A stretch of 64,000 nucleotides of DNA, taken from an uncultured Actinomycetota bacterium (lineage in GTDB: Bacteria > Actinomycetota > Actinomycetes > JAHEKZ01). Shown here one piece after another: positions 40,629 to 48,942 of the stretch (position 1 is its first letter; the number at the start of each line of letters is the position of its first letter). The notes under the pieces are model-generated. The model saw nothing but the letters and a program-made list of their open reading frames with translations, had not been told where the DNA came from and did not search any database. Position numbers and translations under genes: made by a program. The stretch covers positions 480,001 through 544,000 of the forward strand of contig CAWHIJ010000003.1 of the NCBI GenBank assembly GCA_963829525.1, read 5' to 3'.

Positions 40629-41462
40629 CTAGGACGATGCCACGCGACGGCGTCGTGACGCGGCCACGGCGACAATGAGCGCGGCAGCCACCAGCACCAT
40701 GCCCATCGATGCCCCAGCGAACGCGCGCTGCCGGGTGTCGAGCTCGGACAGGTGCGGGATATCGGGGACCGAAGGGAGGCGTCGACGCATCGCGACAGGC
40801 CGATTGAAGCGCAGCACCGGCCACTCGCGCTCGGCGGCCACTCGGGCAAGCTCTTTGTCAGGGTTCACAACCGTCGGGTGGCCCACCGCCTCGAGCATCG
40901 GCAGATCGGTCTGCGAGTCGCTGTAGGCGTAGGACGCCGCAAGGTCGTACCCGTGCCTCTCGGCAAGCTCGCGCATGGCGTCGGCCTTCGTTGGGCCGTA
41001 GGCGTAGTACTCGATTTCTCCGGTGTACTTGCCGTCCTCGATCACCATCTGGGTGGCGACAACGCGGTCGGCACCGAGCATCTGGCCGATCGGCTCGACC
41101 ACCTCGGCACCGGAGGAACTGACGATCACGATGTCGCGTCCTGCCTCGCGGTGCTCTTCGATCAGGGTTACCGCTTCGTCGTAGACGATCGGGTCGATCA
41201 GCTCGTGGAGCGTCTCGGCAACGACCTCGCGCACCTGAGCCACCGGCCAGCCGGTCACCATCGACTGGAGGTACTGCCGCATCCGCTCCATCTGGTCGTG
41301 GTCAGCACCGCCGGCAAGGTACACAAACTGCGCGTACCCGCTGCGGAGCACCGTGCGTCGGTTGATCAGCCCGCTCGTATAGAAGGGTCGGCTGAAGGCC
41401 AACGAACTCGACCTCGCAATGATCGTCTTGTCGAGGTCGAAGAAGGCTGCGGCACGGGTCAC
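40629..41462 (-). CDS. HAD-IB hydrolase (Rv3661/CicA-like)
   Basis: AAFFDLDKTII, IVSSSG, YAYSDS.TDLPML, VNPD. Confidence 0.93.
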   Translation of the reverse strand: MTRAAAFFDLDKTIIARSSSLAFSRPFYTSGLINRRTVLRSGYAQFVYLAGGADHDQMERMRQYLQSMVTGWPVAQVREVVAETLHELIDPIVYDEAVTLIEEHREAGRDIVIVSSSGAEVVEPIGQMLGADRVVATQMVIEDGKYTGEIEYYAYGPTKADAMRELAERHGYDLAASYAYSDSQTDLPMLEAVGHPTVVNPDKELARVAAEREWPVLRFNRPVAMRRRLPSVPDIPHLSELDTRQRAFAGASMGMVLVAAALIVAVAASRRRRVASS

Positions 41463-41591
41463 CTCCTCGACAATAGATAGCCCCGGGGGGGCTATCTGGG
41501 ATTGGGCCATTTGGGTGGTTCTCCGCGTCGACAGGTGCCGGATGGCCTGACCCGATTGCGCTCTGTAGTGACTCGGGTACACGATGTTGTT

Positions 41592-41690
41592 ATCTGGTCC
41601 TCCGCGGTCCAGAACGCGCCTGGCTCCCTCCCCCCGGGGCCAAGCGCCTAGACGGCCCCCGCTATCCCCCCGGCGGGGGCCGTCGCATGT
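41592..41690 (+). ncRNA. 6C RNA (B11-like)
   Basis: Two adjacent hairpins with C-run loops (TGGCTCC-CTCCCCC-GGGGCCA and GACGGCCCCCGC-TATCCCCCCG-GCGGGGGCCGTC), at the known HAD/ssd location. Confidence 0.82.
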
Positions 41691-41834
41691 CCGGACTCGG
41701 ACCAGCGCGAGTTCGCGACTCCGGGCGGCGTCCACACCCCCTCGCACGTTGCGCTTGTCCCCAGACGCCCTGGCGCCCTCTGCGCGAGACCTCGCCGGTC
41801 GGCCACGCTCGCGTCCCCATGTGAGGAGGCCGTC

Positions 41835-42890
41835 ATGTCGTACGCAACTGCCCGTCCGCTCCTGGTCACCGCTGACGGTGGCCTTCAGGACGCCGTCCTC
41901 GCTGTGGCCTCTGAGGCGCAGGTCGAGGTGGCTGTGGCCGCCGAGGTCGGTGCCGCAGCAGCTCTTTGGGCGACAGCCCCGCTCGTGCTCCTTGACGTTG
42001 GCTTGGTCGAGTCAGCCCTTCGCACCCTGCCGGTGCCGCGTCCGGGTCTTGTCGTCGTGTCACGAAACATCGAGGACCCGGCTGTGTGGCGGCGACTCGT
42101 GGCGGTGGGGGCCGAGCAAGTGGTCGAGCTGCCGCAAGGCGCCCCTTGGCTCTTTGAGCGCTTCGGCCGCAGCCTGGAGTCTGACCCCACAGCGGACCTC
42201 GTCGTGGTCGCCGGAGCCGTTGGAGGAGCTGGCGCAAGCACGCTCTCAGCGGCCCTGGCCCAGCACGCGCTGGCGTCGCAGTCACGCGCGGTGCTGGTCG
42301 ATCTGGACCCTCTCGGGGGCGGACTCGACCTGATGCTCGGGGCCGAGGGTGCCGCAGGGGCACGTTGGGACGAGCTAGCCGGCGTCACCGGCAGGGTCGA
42401 CGACCGAATCCTGGTCGATGCCCTCCCCACCTGTGGCGGCCTGCCACTGCTCAGCTGGCCCACCGACAGCGACCTCGAGCCCGGGCCATCGGCGGTGGGC
42501 CAGGTGCTGGACGCCCTGTGTCGCCGGCCAGGCGTCGTGGTGGTCGATGCTGGCCGGGCCGATGACCAGCGAGCGGCTGTTGCGCTGGCCAAGTGCCGGC
42601 AGCTCGTGCTCGTCGTGCCGCTTCGGGTGCGGGCCGTCGCTGCGGCTCGGCGGATGCTCCACCGGTTGCCTGCTCACATATCACCCGTGGTCGTTGCTCG
42701 TGAGCCGGGCCCAGGCGGTCTGTCGCCTGACGACTTGGCGATGGCGCTCGGGGTGACAGTGACGGTGACGCTGTTCGACGACCGTAGACGCGCTGCCAAC
42801 GAAGAGCTGGGTGGCCCACCGCCATCGTCGTCAGCATGGCGGCGCGTGTGTGGCGCACTTCTCGAGGCTCGGGCTGAGGCAGCGGCCTGA
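41835..42890 (+). CDS. ssd: Septum site-determining protein Ssd (CpaE-like)
   Basis: VGAEQVVELP, GGAGASTL, DLDPLGGGLDL.LG.E, GARW. Confidence 0.92.
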   Translation: MSYATARPLLVTADGGLQDAVLAVASEAQVEVAVAAEVGAAAALWATAPLVLLDVGLVESALRTLPVPRPGLVVVSRNIEDPAVWRRLVAVGAEQVVELPQGAPWLFERFGRSLESDPTADLVVVAGAVGGAGASTLSAALAQHALASQSRAVLVDLDPLGGGLDLMLGAEGAAGARWDELAGVTGRVDDRILVDALPTCGGLPLLSWPTDSDLEPGPSAVGQVLDALCRRPGVVVVDAGRADDQRAAVALAKCRQLVLVVPLRVRAVAAARRMLHRLPAHISPVVVAREPGPGGLSPDDLAMALGVTVTVTLFDDRRRAANEELGGPPPSSSAWRRVCGALLEARAEAAA

Positions 42891-42892
42891 CC

Positions 42893-44032
42893 GTGAGCAT
42901 CTCCGCTGATGTTCGTCGCTCGCTGTTGCTGGACGCCCGAATCGTTGATGCCAAGTCCGTGCGAGAAGTCGTCCGCGCAACCGGGCACGTCGTGGATGAC
43001 CTCGGCCTCAGGCGACTCACGTCCTCGCTCTCTGCTGACCTTCAGGGATTTGGTCCGCTCGAGCCCCTGCTCGCCGACGCATCCGTCACCGACGTCACCG
43101 TCAACGGCGCAGCCGAGGTGTGGGCCGACCGTGGCAACGGCATGCACCTCACCCCGATCCGGTTCGCCGATGACGGATCGGTCCGGCGTCTGGCCCAGCG
43201 TTTGGCGAGTTCGGCTGGTCGTCGTTTCGATGAGGCCGCGCCGTTCGTCGATGCTCCACTTCCCCACGGTGTTCGGCTGCACGCGATGTTGCCGCCCCTG
43301 GCTGACCGCATCAGCTTGGTGCTACGGATCCCTCGACACCGAGCCTGGTCCTTGGCCGACCTGGTGGCGGTGGGAATGGTCGCCCCTGGCCTGGAGCCGG
43401 CGCTTCGTCTACTCATCGAGCAACGACGGACCTTCTTGGTCACCGGCGGCACGGGATCGGGTAAGACGACGCTGCTGAATGCGTTGCTCGGAGTAGTTGC
43501 CGCAGATGAGCGTCTCGTCGTCGTTGAGGACACCCGTGAGCTGGCGCCGCAGCATCCACATGTCGTCCTGCTCCAGACACGCCCCCCGAACATCGAGGGT
43601 GCCGGCGCGGTGTCGATGCAAGACCTCGTGCGACAAACCCTGCGCATGCGACCGGATCGAGTAGTCGTCGGCGAGGTACGGGGTGCTGAAGTCGTTGACC
43701 TGTTGACCGCTTTCAACACCGGACATGACGGGGGTTGCGGAACTGTGCATGCGAACTCGGCCCACGACCTCATGCCGCGTCTTGAGGCTCTTGCGGGTCT
43801 CGGTGGCTTGGCCCGCGAGGCGTTGCACCGACTCGTCGCTGCAGCGATCGAAGCTGTGGTGCATCTGGAGCGCGCCCCTGACGGCCAACGCTACGTGTCC
43901 ACAATCGCGACAGTGGTCGATGGAGGCGCGTCGGTTGGGATCCGGGCCGGACTCGGCGCGACCGCGGACGGGGTCGTCGTCGACCCCGACGCTGCTGATC
44001 TTCTTCGCGTCACGAATGCGGCGCGAAGGTGA
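42893..44032 (+). CDS. tadA: TadA/CpaF pilus assembly ATPase
   Basis: GGTGSGKTT, VEDTREL, LRMRPDR..VGEVRG, NTGHDG...TVHAN. Confidence 0.95.
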   Translation: MSISADVRRSLLLDARIVDAKSVREVVRATGHVVDDLGLRRLTSSLSADLQGFGPLEPLLADASVTDVTVNGAAEVWADRGNGMHLTPIRFADDGSVRRLAQRLASSAGRRFDEAAPFVDAPLPHGVRLHAMLPPLADRISLVLRIPRHRAWSLADLVAVGMVAPGLEPALRLLIEQRRTFLVTGGTGSGKTTLLNALLGVVAADERLVVVEDTRELAPQHPHVVLLQTRPPNIEGAGAVSMQDLVRQTLRMRPDRVVVGEVRGAEVVDLLTAFNTGHDGGCGTVHANSAHDLMPRLEALAGLGGLAREALHRLVAAAIEAVVHLERAPDGQRYVSTIATVVDGGASVGIRAGLGATADGVVVDPDAADLLRVTNAARR

Positions 44033-44715
44033 GCGTCCCTGCACTCATCGCTGCTCTTGCCGCCGGTCTAGCTGCCTGGTGGTGGGCGCCGATACCCGCT
44101 CGTCGTGGGCCATTGCGCGAGCTGGGCAACCCCGCCGCCGGACGGATACCGGCACTGATCCGCTGGAGGTGGCGCCGAGCGTGCGGCTCGCATGCCCGAA
44201 CAGTCGGGGCATTGACCGCTGCGCTTGCTAGCGAGCTGCGATCGGGTCGGTCGCCCGACCAGGCGTTGAAGTCGGTCCTCAGTGGGTGGTCGGGCGAACT
44301 CCCTGGCCGATATGTCCCTGAGGCGGACATCGTCACCCTGCTGACTCGCTGGTCGCGGGTGCGCGGCTGGGGCGGACTGGCTGCTGTCGCCATCTGCTGG
44401 CGGGTCGCCGATTCGACGGGTGCCGGTCTTGCCGATGCACTGGACCGGATCGGTGAGGCGATGGGCCACGAACATGAGATTGCTGCCGAGGTCGACGGAC
44501 AACTTGCCTCCGTCCGCGCCACGGCGTCTGTGCTGGCCACGTTGCCGGCGGTCGCGGTGGCGTTGGGCCATCTGCTCGGTGCCAAACCCCTCTCGGTGCT
44601 GCTGGGGAGCTCGATCGGGATCGCCTGTCTGGTCGTTGGCGCCACGCTTGCCTCGGTCGGCTGGTGGTGGCTCACCCATCAGGTTGAGTCGGCGAGAAGG
44701 ACGCTGCGGTGGTGA
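44029..44715 (+). CDS. tadB: TadB-like T2SS-F protein
   Basis: ELRSGRSP..AL, CWRVADSTGAGLA, RATA.VLATLP. Confidence 0.88.
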   Translation: MSVPALIAALAAGLAAWWWAPIPARRGPLRELGNPAAGRIPALIRWRWRRACGSHARTVGALTAALASELRSGRSPDQALKSVLSGWSGELPGRYVPEADIVTLLTRWSRVRGWGGLAAVAICWRVADSTGAGLADALDRIGEAMGHEHEIAAEVDGQLASVRATASVLATLPAVAVALGHLLGAKPLSVLLGSSIGIACLVVGATLASVGWWWLTHQVESARRTLRW

Positions 44716-45413
44716 TCGCCCTGTCACTCGTTGCCGCGATTCTGGCCGCGCTCGCGGTCGCGTCATGGCAGCCGGCGACAGGTCTCGTCCGGGGGCGCGT
44801 CGTCCCGGCGTCGTCGATCGGTCGAGGCCGAGTGTCCCCCTGGGTGGCGCCCCTCGGTGCTGGGTTGGCAGGCGTGCTGGTGGTTGACGGTCCCCTCGGT
44901 CTGGTGGTCGGCGCGGTACTGGCCGTCATCGCTGCCCGGCACAAACGGCGCTCGTTGGCTGAGCCGGATCGTGTTGTCGCCGCAACACGCACCTTGGAGC
45001 TACCAATCGCAGTGGAGGTCCTCGCATCATGTCTGGCGATCGGTGCAACACAACAGCAGGCGTTGCATGCGGCCGGCGGTGGTTTGGGCGGCTCCCTTGC
45101 TGCGGACTTCTCGCGCGTCGCCGGTGCGCTTGGAGTGGGAGCAGACGTTGGAGAGGCCTGGTCTCTCGTTCCGTCGACCGACCTCCGGTCTCTGGCCGCA
45201 GTCCTCGGTCGAGCTCACTTCACTGGTGCGCCCGTGGCGACACAGCTGTGGTCGCTCGCCGATCAGCACCGGCAGCTGGCCCGCGTCGTGGCTATGGACG
45301 CAGCACGAACGCTAGGAGTCCGCTCCACGGGGCCGCTCGGCCTCTGCTTCCTTCCGGCGTTTGTTCTGATCGCGGTTGTGCCGTTGGTTCTGTCGCTGCT
45401 CCAGGTGACCTAA
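44709..45413 (+). CDS. tadC: TadC-like T2SS-F protein
   Basis: LP.AVE.LASCL, PLGLCFLPAFVL..VVP. Confidence 0.88.
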   Translation: MVIALSLVAAILAALAVASWQPATGLVRGRVVPASSIGRGRVSPWVAPLGAGLAGVLVVDGPLGLVVGAVLAVIAARHKRRSLAEPDRVVAATRTLELPIAVEVLASCLAIGATQQQALHAAGGGLGGSLAADFSRVAGALGVGADVGEAWSLVPSTDLRSLAAVLGRAHFTGAPVATQLWSLADQHRQLARVVAMDAARTLGVRSTGPLGLCFLPAFVLIAVVPLVLSLLQVT

Positions 45414-45554
45414 CAGTTATGCACATGCCGGTGAGCCACGAGTTGTCCGCAACGTGACAAAGGCGACCGATTACCTGTCGTTCAACGCGTCACCCTTCCA
45501 TCGCGGTCGGCCAGATCGTCCGTCCCGACCGGCTGTCGGACTCCTGGAGGAACC

Positions 45555-45734
45555 ATGATCGACAAGGTGCGGCGACGGCTAGGAGGCGATGACGGGATGA
45601 CGACCGCCGAGTACGCGGTCGGGACCGTTGCGGCGTGCGGTTTCGCGGGGACCCTGCTTGAGCTACTCGGAAGTGACTGGGTGCAAGAGCTGCTCAAGAA
45701 CGTGATCGACAGTGCGTTCAGCTTCCTCTTCTGA
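45555..45734 (+). CDS. Flp pilin (DUF4244), 59 aa, not in the ORF track
   Basis: GGAGG RBS; DDG/MTTAEYAVGTVAACGFA prepilin motif. Confidence 0.92.
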   Translation: MIDKVRRRLGGDDGMTTAEYAVGTVAACGFAGTLLELLGSDWVQELLKNVIDSAFSFLF

Positions 45735-45741
45735 TCGCGTC

Positions 45742-46116
45742 GTGGTGCGGTCGGCCAGGTGGGCCGGCCGCACCGGCGAACAGGGCATGGTGACCGCTGA
45801 GCTTGCGGCGGCCCTTCCTGCGCTCGTGCTGGTGGTGTCGCTTCTGCTCGCAGTGGTGGGAGCCGCCTCGGACGCCTCGCGTACGTCTGAAGCAGCCCGG
45901 TCGGCAGCCCGTGCCGCATCTGTGGGAACGGATGAAGCAACCGTGGCGGCGCAGGCAAAGCGGCTTGCACCAGGCGGCGCCTCGATTCAGATCTGGGTTG
46001 ATGGCCCATGGGTGCGGGTCGAGGTGGTTGCGCCCCCTCGCCATTGGGGTCCCATACAGCTGCCTGCGCCACGGACAACTGCAGCGGCGCTGGTTGAGTC
46101 GGGCGTGGTTCTCTGA
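45742..46116 (+). CDS. TadE-like minor pilin
   Basis: EQG/MVTAELAAALP..., AARSAARAAS; start uncertain. Confidence 0.85.
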   Translation: MVRSARWAGRTGEQGMVTAELAAALPALVLVVSLLLAVVGAASDASRTSEAARSAARAASVGTDEATVAAQAKRLAPGGASIQIWVDGPWVRVEVVAPPRHWGPIQLPAPRTTAAALVESGVVL

Positions 46117-46466
46117 TGCGTGACGAATCGGGGTCGGCGACGGTCTACGTGATAAGTGCTGTTGCGCTTCTTGCAGCCGTATCACTTCCCGTGGCCGTTG
46201 TCGCGAACGGTTTCGCAGTACATCGGCGCGCGGTGCTCGCTGCCGATCTTTCCGCACTCGGCGGCGCACAGGCATCGCTCCATGACCAGTCGGTGGCGTG
46301 CTCCGCGGCGTCGCAGGTTGCGGTCGTCAACGGAGCCAGCCTGCAGAGCTGCACGCTTTCGGGAAGTGCACTCACCGTCGAGGTGACGATTGCGACGTCG
46401 CTCTCCTTCTTGCCAGAGGTCAGCGCAACCGCGCGAGCCGGTGTCAGACCGCAACCGTCACTGTGA
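46116..46466 (+). CDS. Rv3654c-family TadE-like pilin
   Basis: DESGSATV, AADLSAL.GA, AC..A..VA..NGA.L.SC, ARAG. Confidence 0.88.
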   Translation: MRDESGSATVYVISAVALLAAVSLPVAVVANGFAVHRRAVLAADLSALGGAQASLHDQSVACSAASQVAVVNGASLQSCTLSGSALTVEVTIATSLSFLPEVSATARAGVRPQPSL

Positions 46467-48764
46467 TGGCACCACTAGCTCGAGCAGCAACAGCGCTGCG
46501 GCTTTGTCGAGAGGCTCGTTGCCGTTTCCGCACTTCGGTGATTGGACGCAAGAAGGACATCCTTCAGGGCACTCGCAGTCGGTAATCGTCTGACGGGTCG
46601 CAGCCAGCCACTCAGTGGCAGCCGCGTACCCATGCTCGGCGAAACCCGCACCACCGGCGGCTCCGTCGTACACGAACACGCTCGGCACTCCGGTGTCCGG
46701 GTGGTTGGCAGTCGAAACACCACCGATGTCCCATCGATCACAGATGGCAAAGAGTGGGAGCAGCCCGATGCTGGCGTGCTCTGCCGCGTGCAGGGCTCCC
46801 GGCAGGTCCGCCGGCTCGATTCCCATGGTCGTCGTCGCCGAGTCCGGAAGGGTCCACCACACCGCTCGGGTGCGGAGGGTTCGAGGTGGAAGGTCGAGCA
46901 AGTCCTCACCCAGCACCTCGCCGGAGATGACGCGCCGCCGGAGGAACGACACCACGTGGCGCGTGACTTCGACCGATCCGAAACAGAGTGTCGCCAAACC
47001 GAGCGGCGATCGTCGATCGGTTTCCAGGACCCGGATCTCAGTCAGCTCGCGGGCCGACGTGGTGTAGTCGGGATCGGCAGCGTCCACAAGTGCGACGGAG
47101 TCATCGAGGTCGAGATTGCGCACAACGTAGCTCTCACCCTGGTGAACGTAGATCGCACCTGCATGAACAGTCGTGTGGGATGACCCTGGATCGACGGTGC
47201 CGAGCACCCGTCCTGTGGTGCTCTCGACGACGCGCACCGGGGTCCCTCCGATTCCGCGGAGGTCGGCGAGGTCGGTAGCGCGTTCCCGTCTGGTCCAGAA
47301 CCATCCAGCGCTGCGCCGACGGAGCCAGCCCCGCTCGACGAGAGCGTCGAGAAGCTCCGCAGTGCCCTCTCCGAAGAGCGCCAGGTCGTCGGTGGTGAGT
47401 GGTAGCTCGGCGGCGGCGGCAGCCAAGTGTGGGCCGAGCACGTATGGGTTCTGCGGGTCGAAGACGGTTGCCTCGACAGGTTGTCCAAAGATCGCGTCCG
47501 GGTGGTGCACCAGATACGTGTCAAGGGGGTCGTCGCGAGCGACCAGGATGGCCAGTGCACCTTGGCCAGCGCGACCCGCCCGACCGGCCTGCTGCCAGAG
47601 GGAGGCGCGGGTTCCGGGCCAGCCGGCGAGCAGCACCGCGTCGAGCCCCGCCACATCGATGCCGAGCTCTAGGGCGTTCGTGGCTGCGACGGCGCGTAGG
47701 TCGCCCGAGGTGAGGCGCTTCTCCAGTAGGCGGCGTTCTTCGGGCAGAAAGCCTGCGCGGTAGGCAGCGACAGATCGAGAGAGGTCGGGGTCTACTTCTT
47801 CGAGAGCGTGGCGGGCCAGGAGCGAGACCACCTCCGCACCACGTCTTGAACGGACGAAGGCCAAGGTGCGCGCGTCGTCGACCACCAGATCGGTCAGCAG
47901 AGACGCCACCTCGGCGGCTGCCGTTCGACGGATCGGAGCGCCCCGTTCCCCGTGCAGTTCCGTGAACGGCGGCTCCCAGAGGGCGAAGACGGTCTCACCT
48001 CGAGGCGAGGCATCGTCGGTGACCGAAGCACATCGAACGCCGGTCAACCGCTCAGCCGTGACTTCGGGGTCTGATGCCGTCGCAGACGCCAACACGAAGA
48101 TCGGGTGCGAGCCGTAGCGCGCTGCAATGCGACGAAGTCGGCGGATGACGGCCGCGACGTGTGCGCCGAAGAGCCCGCGGTAGTGGTGCATCTCGTCGAT
48201 GACGATGTAGCGGAGCCGGCGTAGGAACGATGCCCAGCGGGAGTGGCCCGGGAGCATCGAGTGATGCAGCATGTCAGGGTTGGTGAGGACGACGTTGGCG
48301 TAGTTGCGCACCCACTCGCGCTCCTCACTGGGCGTGTCTCCGTCGTAGGTGGCGACGCGAAGCCCATCGACTGAGAGCGCGTCGATGCGCCGTCGTTGGT
48401 CGGCGGCGAGCGCTTTGGTGGGACTGAGATAGAGCACGGTTGCTCCACGCTCGACTCCCTCGTCGCGGCTGGTCAGGACCTCATGAACTGCCGGCATGAG
48501 GTAGGCGAGCGACTTGCCGGACGCCGTTCCCGTCGAGATCACAACCGAACGCCCCGCGTGAGCGAGGTCAGCGACGTCCGACTGGTGCTGCCAGGGGGCG
48601 GCAATCCCCGTAGCGGTGAGGGCTTCTCGCAGCTGTGGATGGAGCCAGGCCGGCCATGGAGCTGTGCGTCCGAGGCGCTCGGGCAGCCTCTCGACGTGGG
48701 TGAGCCGCTCCGCCCGGTCGCCCACTGACGCCAGGCGCGCGAGCAGTGCGTCCGGATCCGGCAT
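46458..48764 (-). CDS. DEAD/DEAH-box helicase with DUF1998 (Rv3649/SftH-like)
   Basis: TGTASGKS, PTKAL, DEMH, SAT, QQAGRAGR, C.C..GCPSC. Confidence 0.94.
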   Translation of the reverse strand: MPDPDALLARLASVGDRAERLTHVERLPERLGRTAPWPAWLHPQLREALTATGIAAPWQHQSDVADLAHAGRSVVISTGTASGKSLAYLMPAVHEVLTSRDEGVERGATVLYLSPTKALAADQRRRIDALSVDGLRVATYDGDTPSEEREWVRNYANVVLTNPDMLHHSMLPGHSRWASFLRRLRYIVIDEMHHYRGLFGAHVAAVIRRLRRIAARYGSHPIFVLASATASDPEVTAERLTGVRCASVTDDASPRGETVFALWEPPFTELHGERGAPIRRTAAAEVASLLTDLVVDDARTLAFVRSRRGAEVVSLLARHALEEVDPDLSRSVAAYRAGFLPEERRLLEKRLTSGDLRAVAATNALELGIDVAGLDAVLLAGWPGTRASLWQQAGRAGRAGQGALAILVARDDPLDTYLVHHPDAIFGQPVEATVFDPQNPYVLGPHLAAAAAELPLTTDDLALFGEGTAELLDALVERGWLRRRSAGWFWTRRERATDLADLRGIGGTPVRVVESTTGRVLGTVDPGSSHTTVHAGAIYVHQGESYVVRNLDLDDSVALVDAADPDYTTSARELTEIRVLETDRRSPLGLATLCFGSVEVTRHVVSFLRRRVISGEVLGEDLLDLPPRTLRTRAVWWTLPDSATTTMGIEPADLPGALHAAEHASIGLLPLFAICDRWDIGGVSTANHPDTGVPSVFVYDGAAGGAGFAEHGYAAATEWLAATRQTITDCECPEGCPSCVQSPKCGNGNEPLDKAAALLLLELVVPSQ

Positions 48765-48942
48765 GTGCACAGTCTGGCAAGGGCGGGCCTCCCACGGGGC
48801 GTAACCGACCTGTGACCATTCTGAGTACATCCTCAGGCAGCGACTCGCCCGGAATCCTTACGGAATCGCGTGGCCCCTGAATAGACTCCCGAGCGGCCCG
48901 CCTGGCGCATGGCCCGGCTGTGCCCGCCCTCGAGGAGGATTG

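Noticed and set aside
42893-44032. TadA as the conjugation machinery for the IME
   Set aside because: It belongs to the conserved chromosomal ssd-Tad pilus locus; no VirB4 or VirD4 is present.
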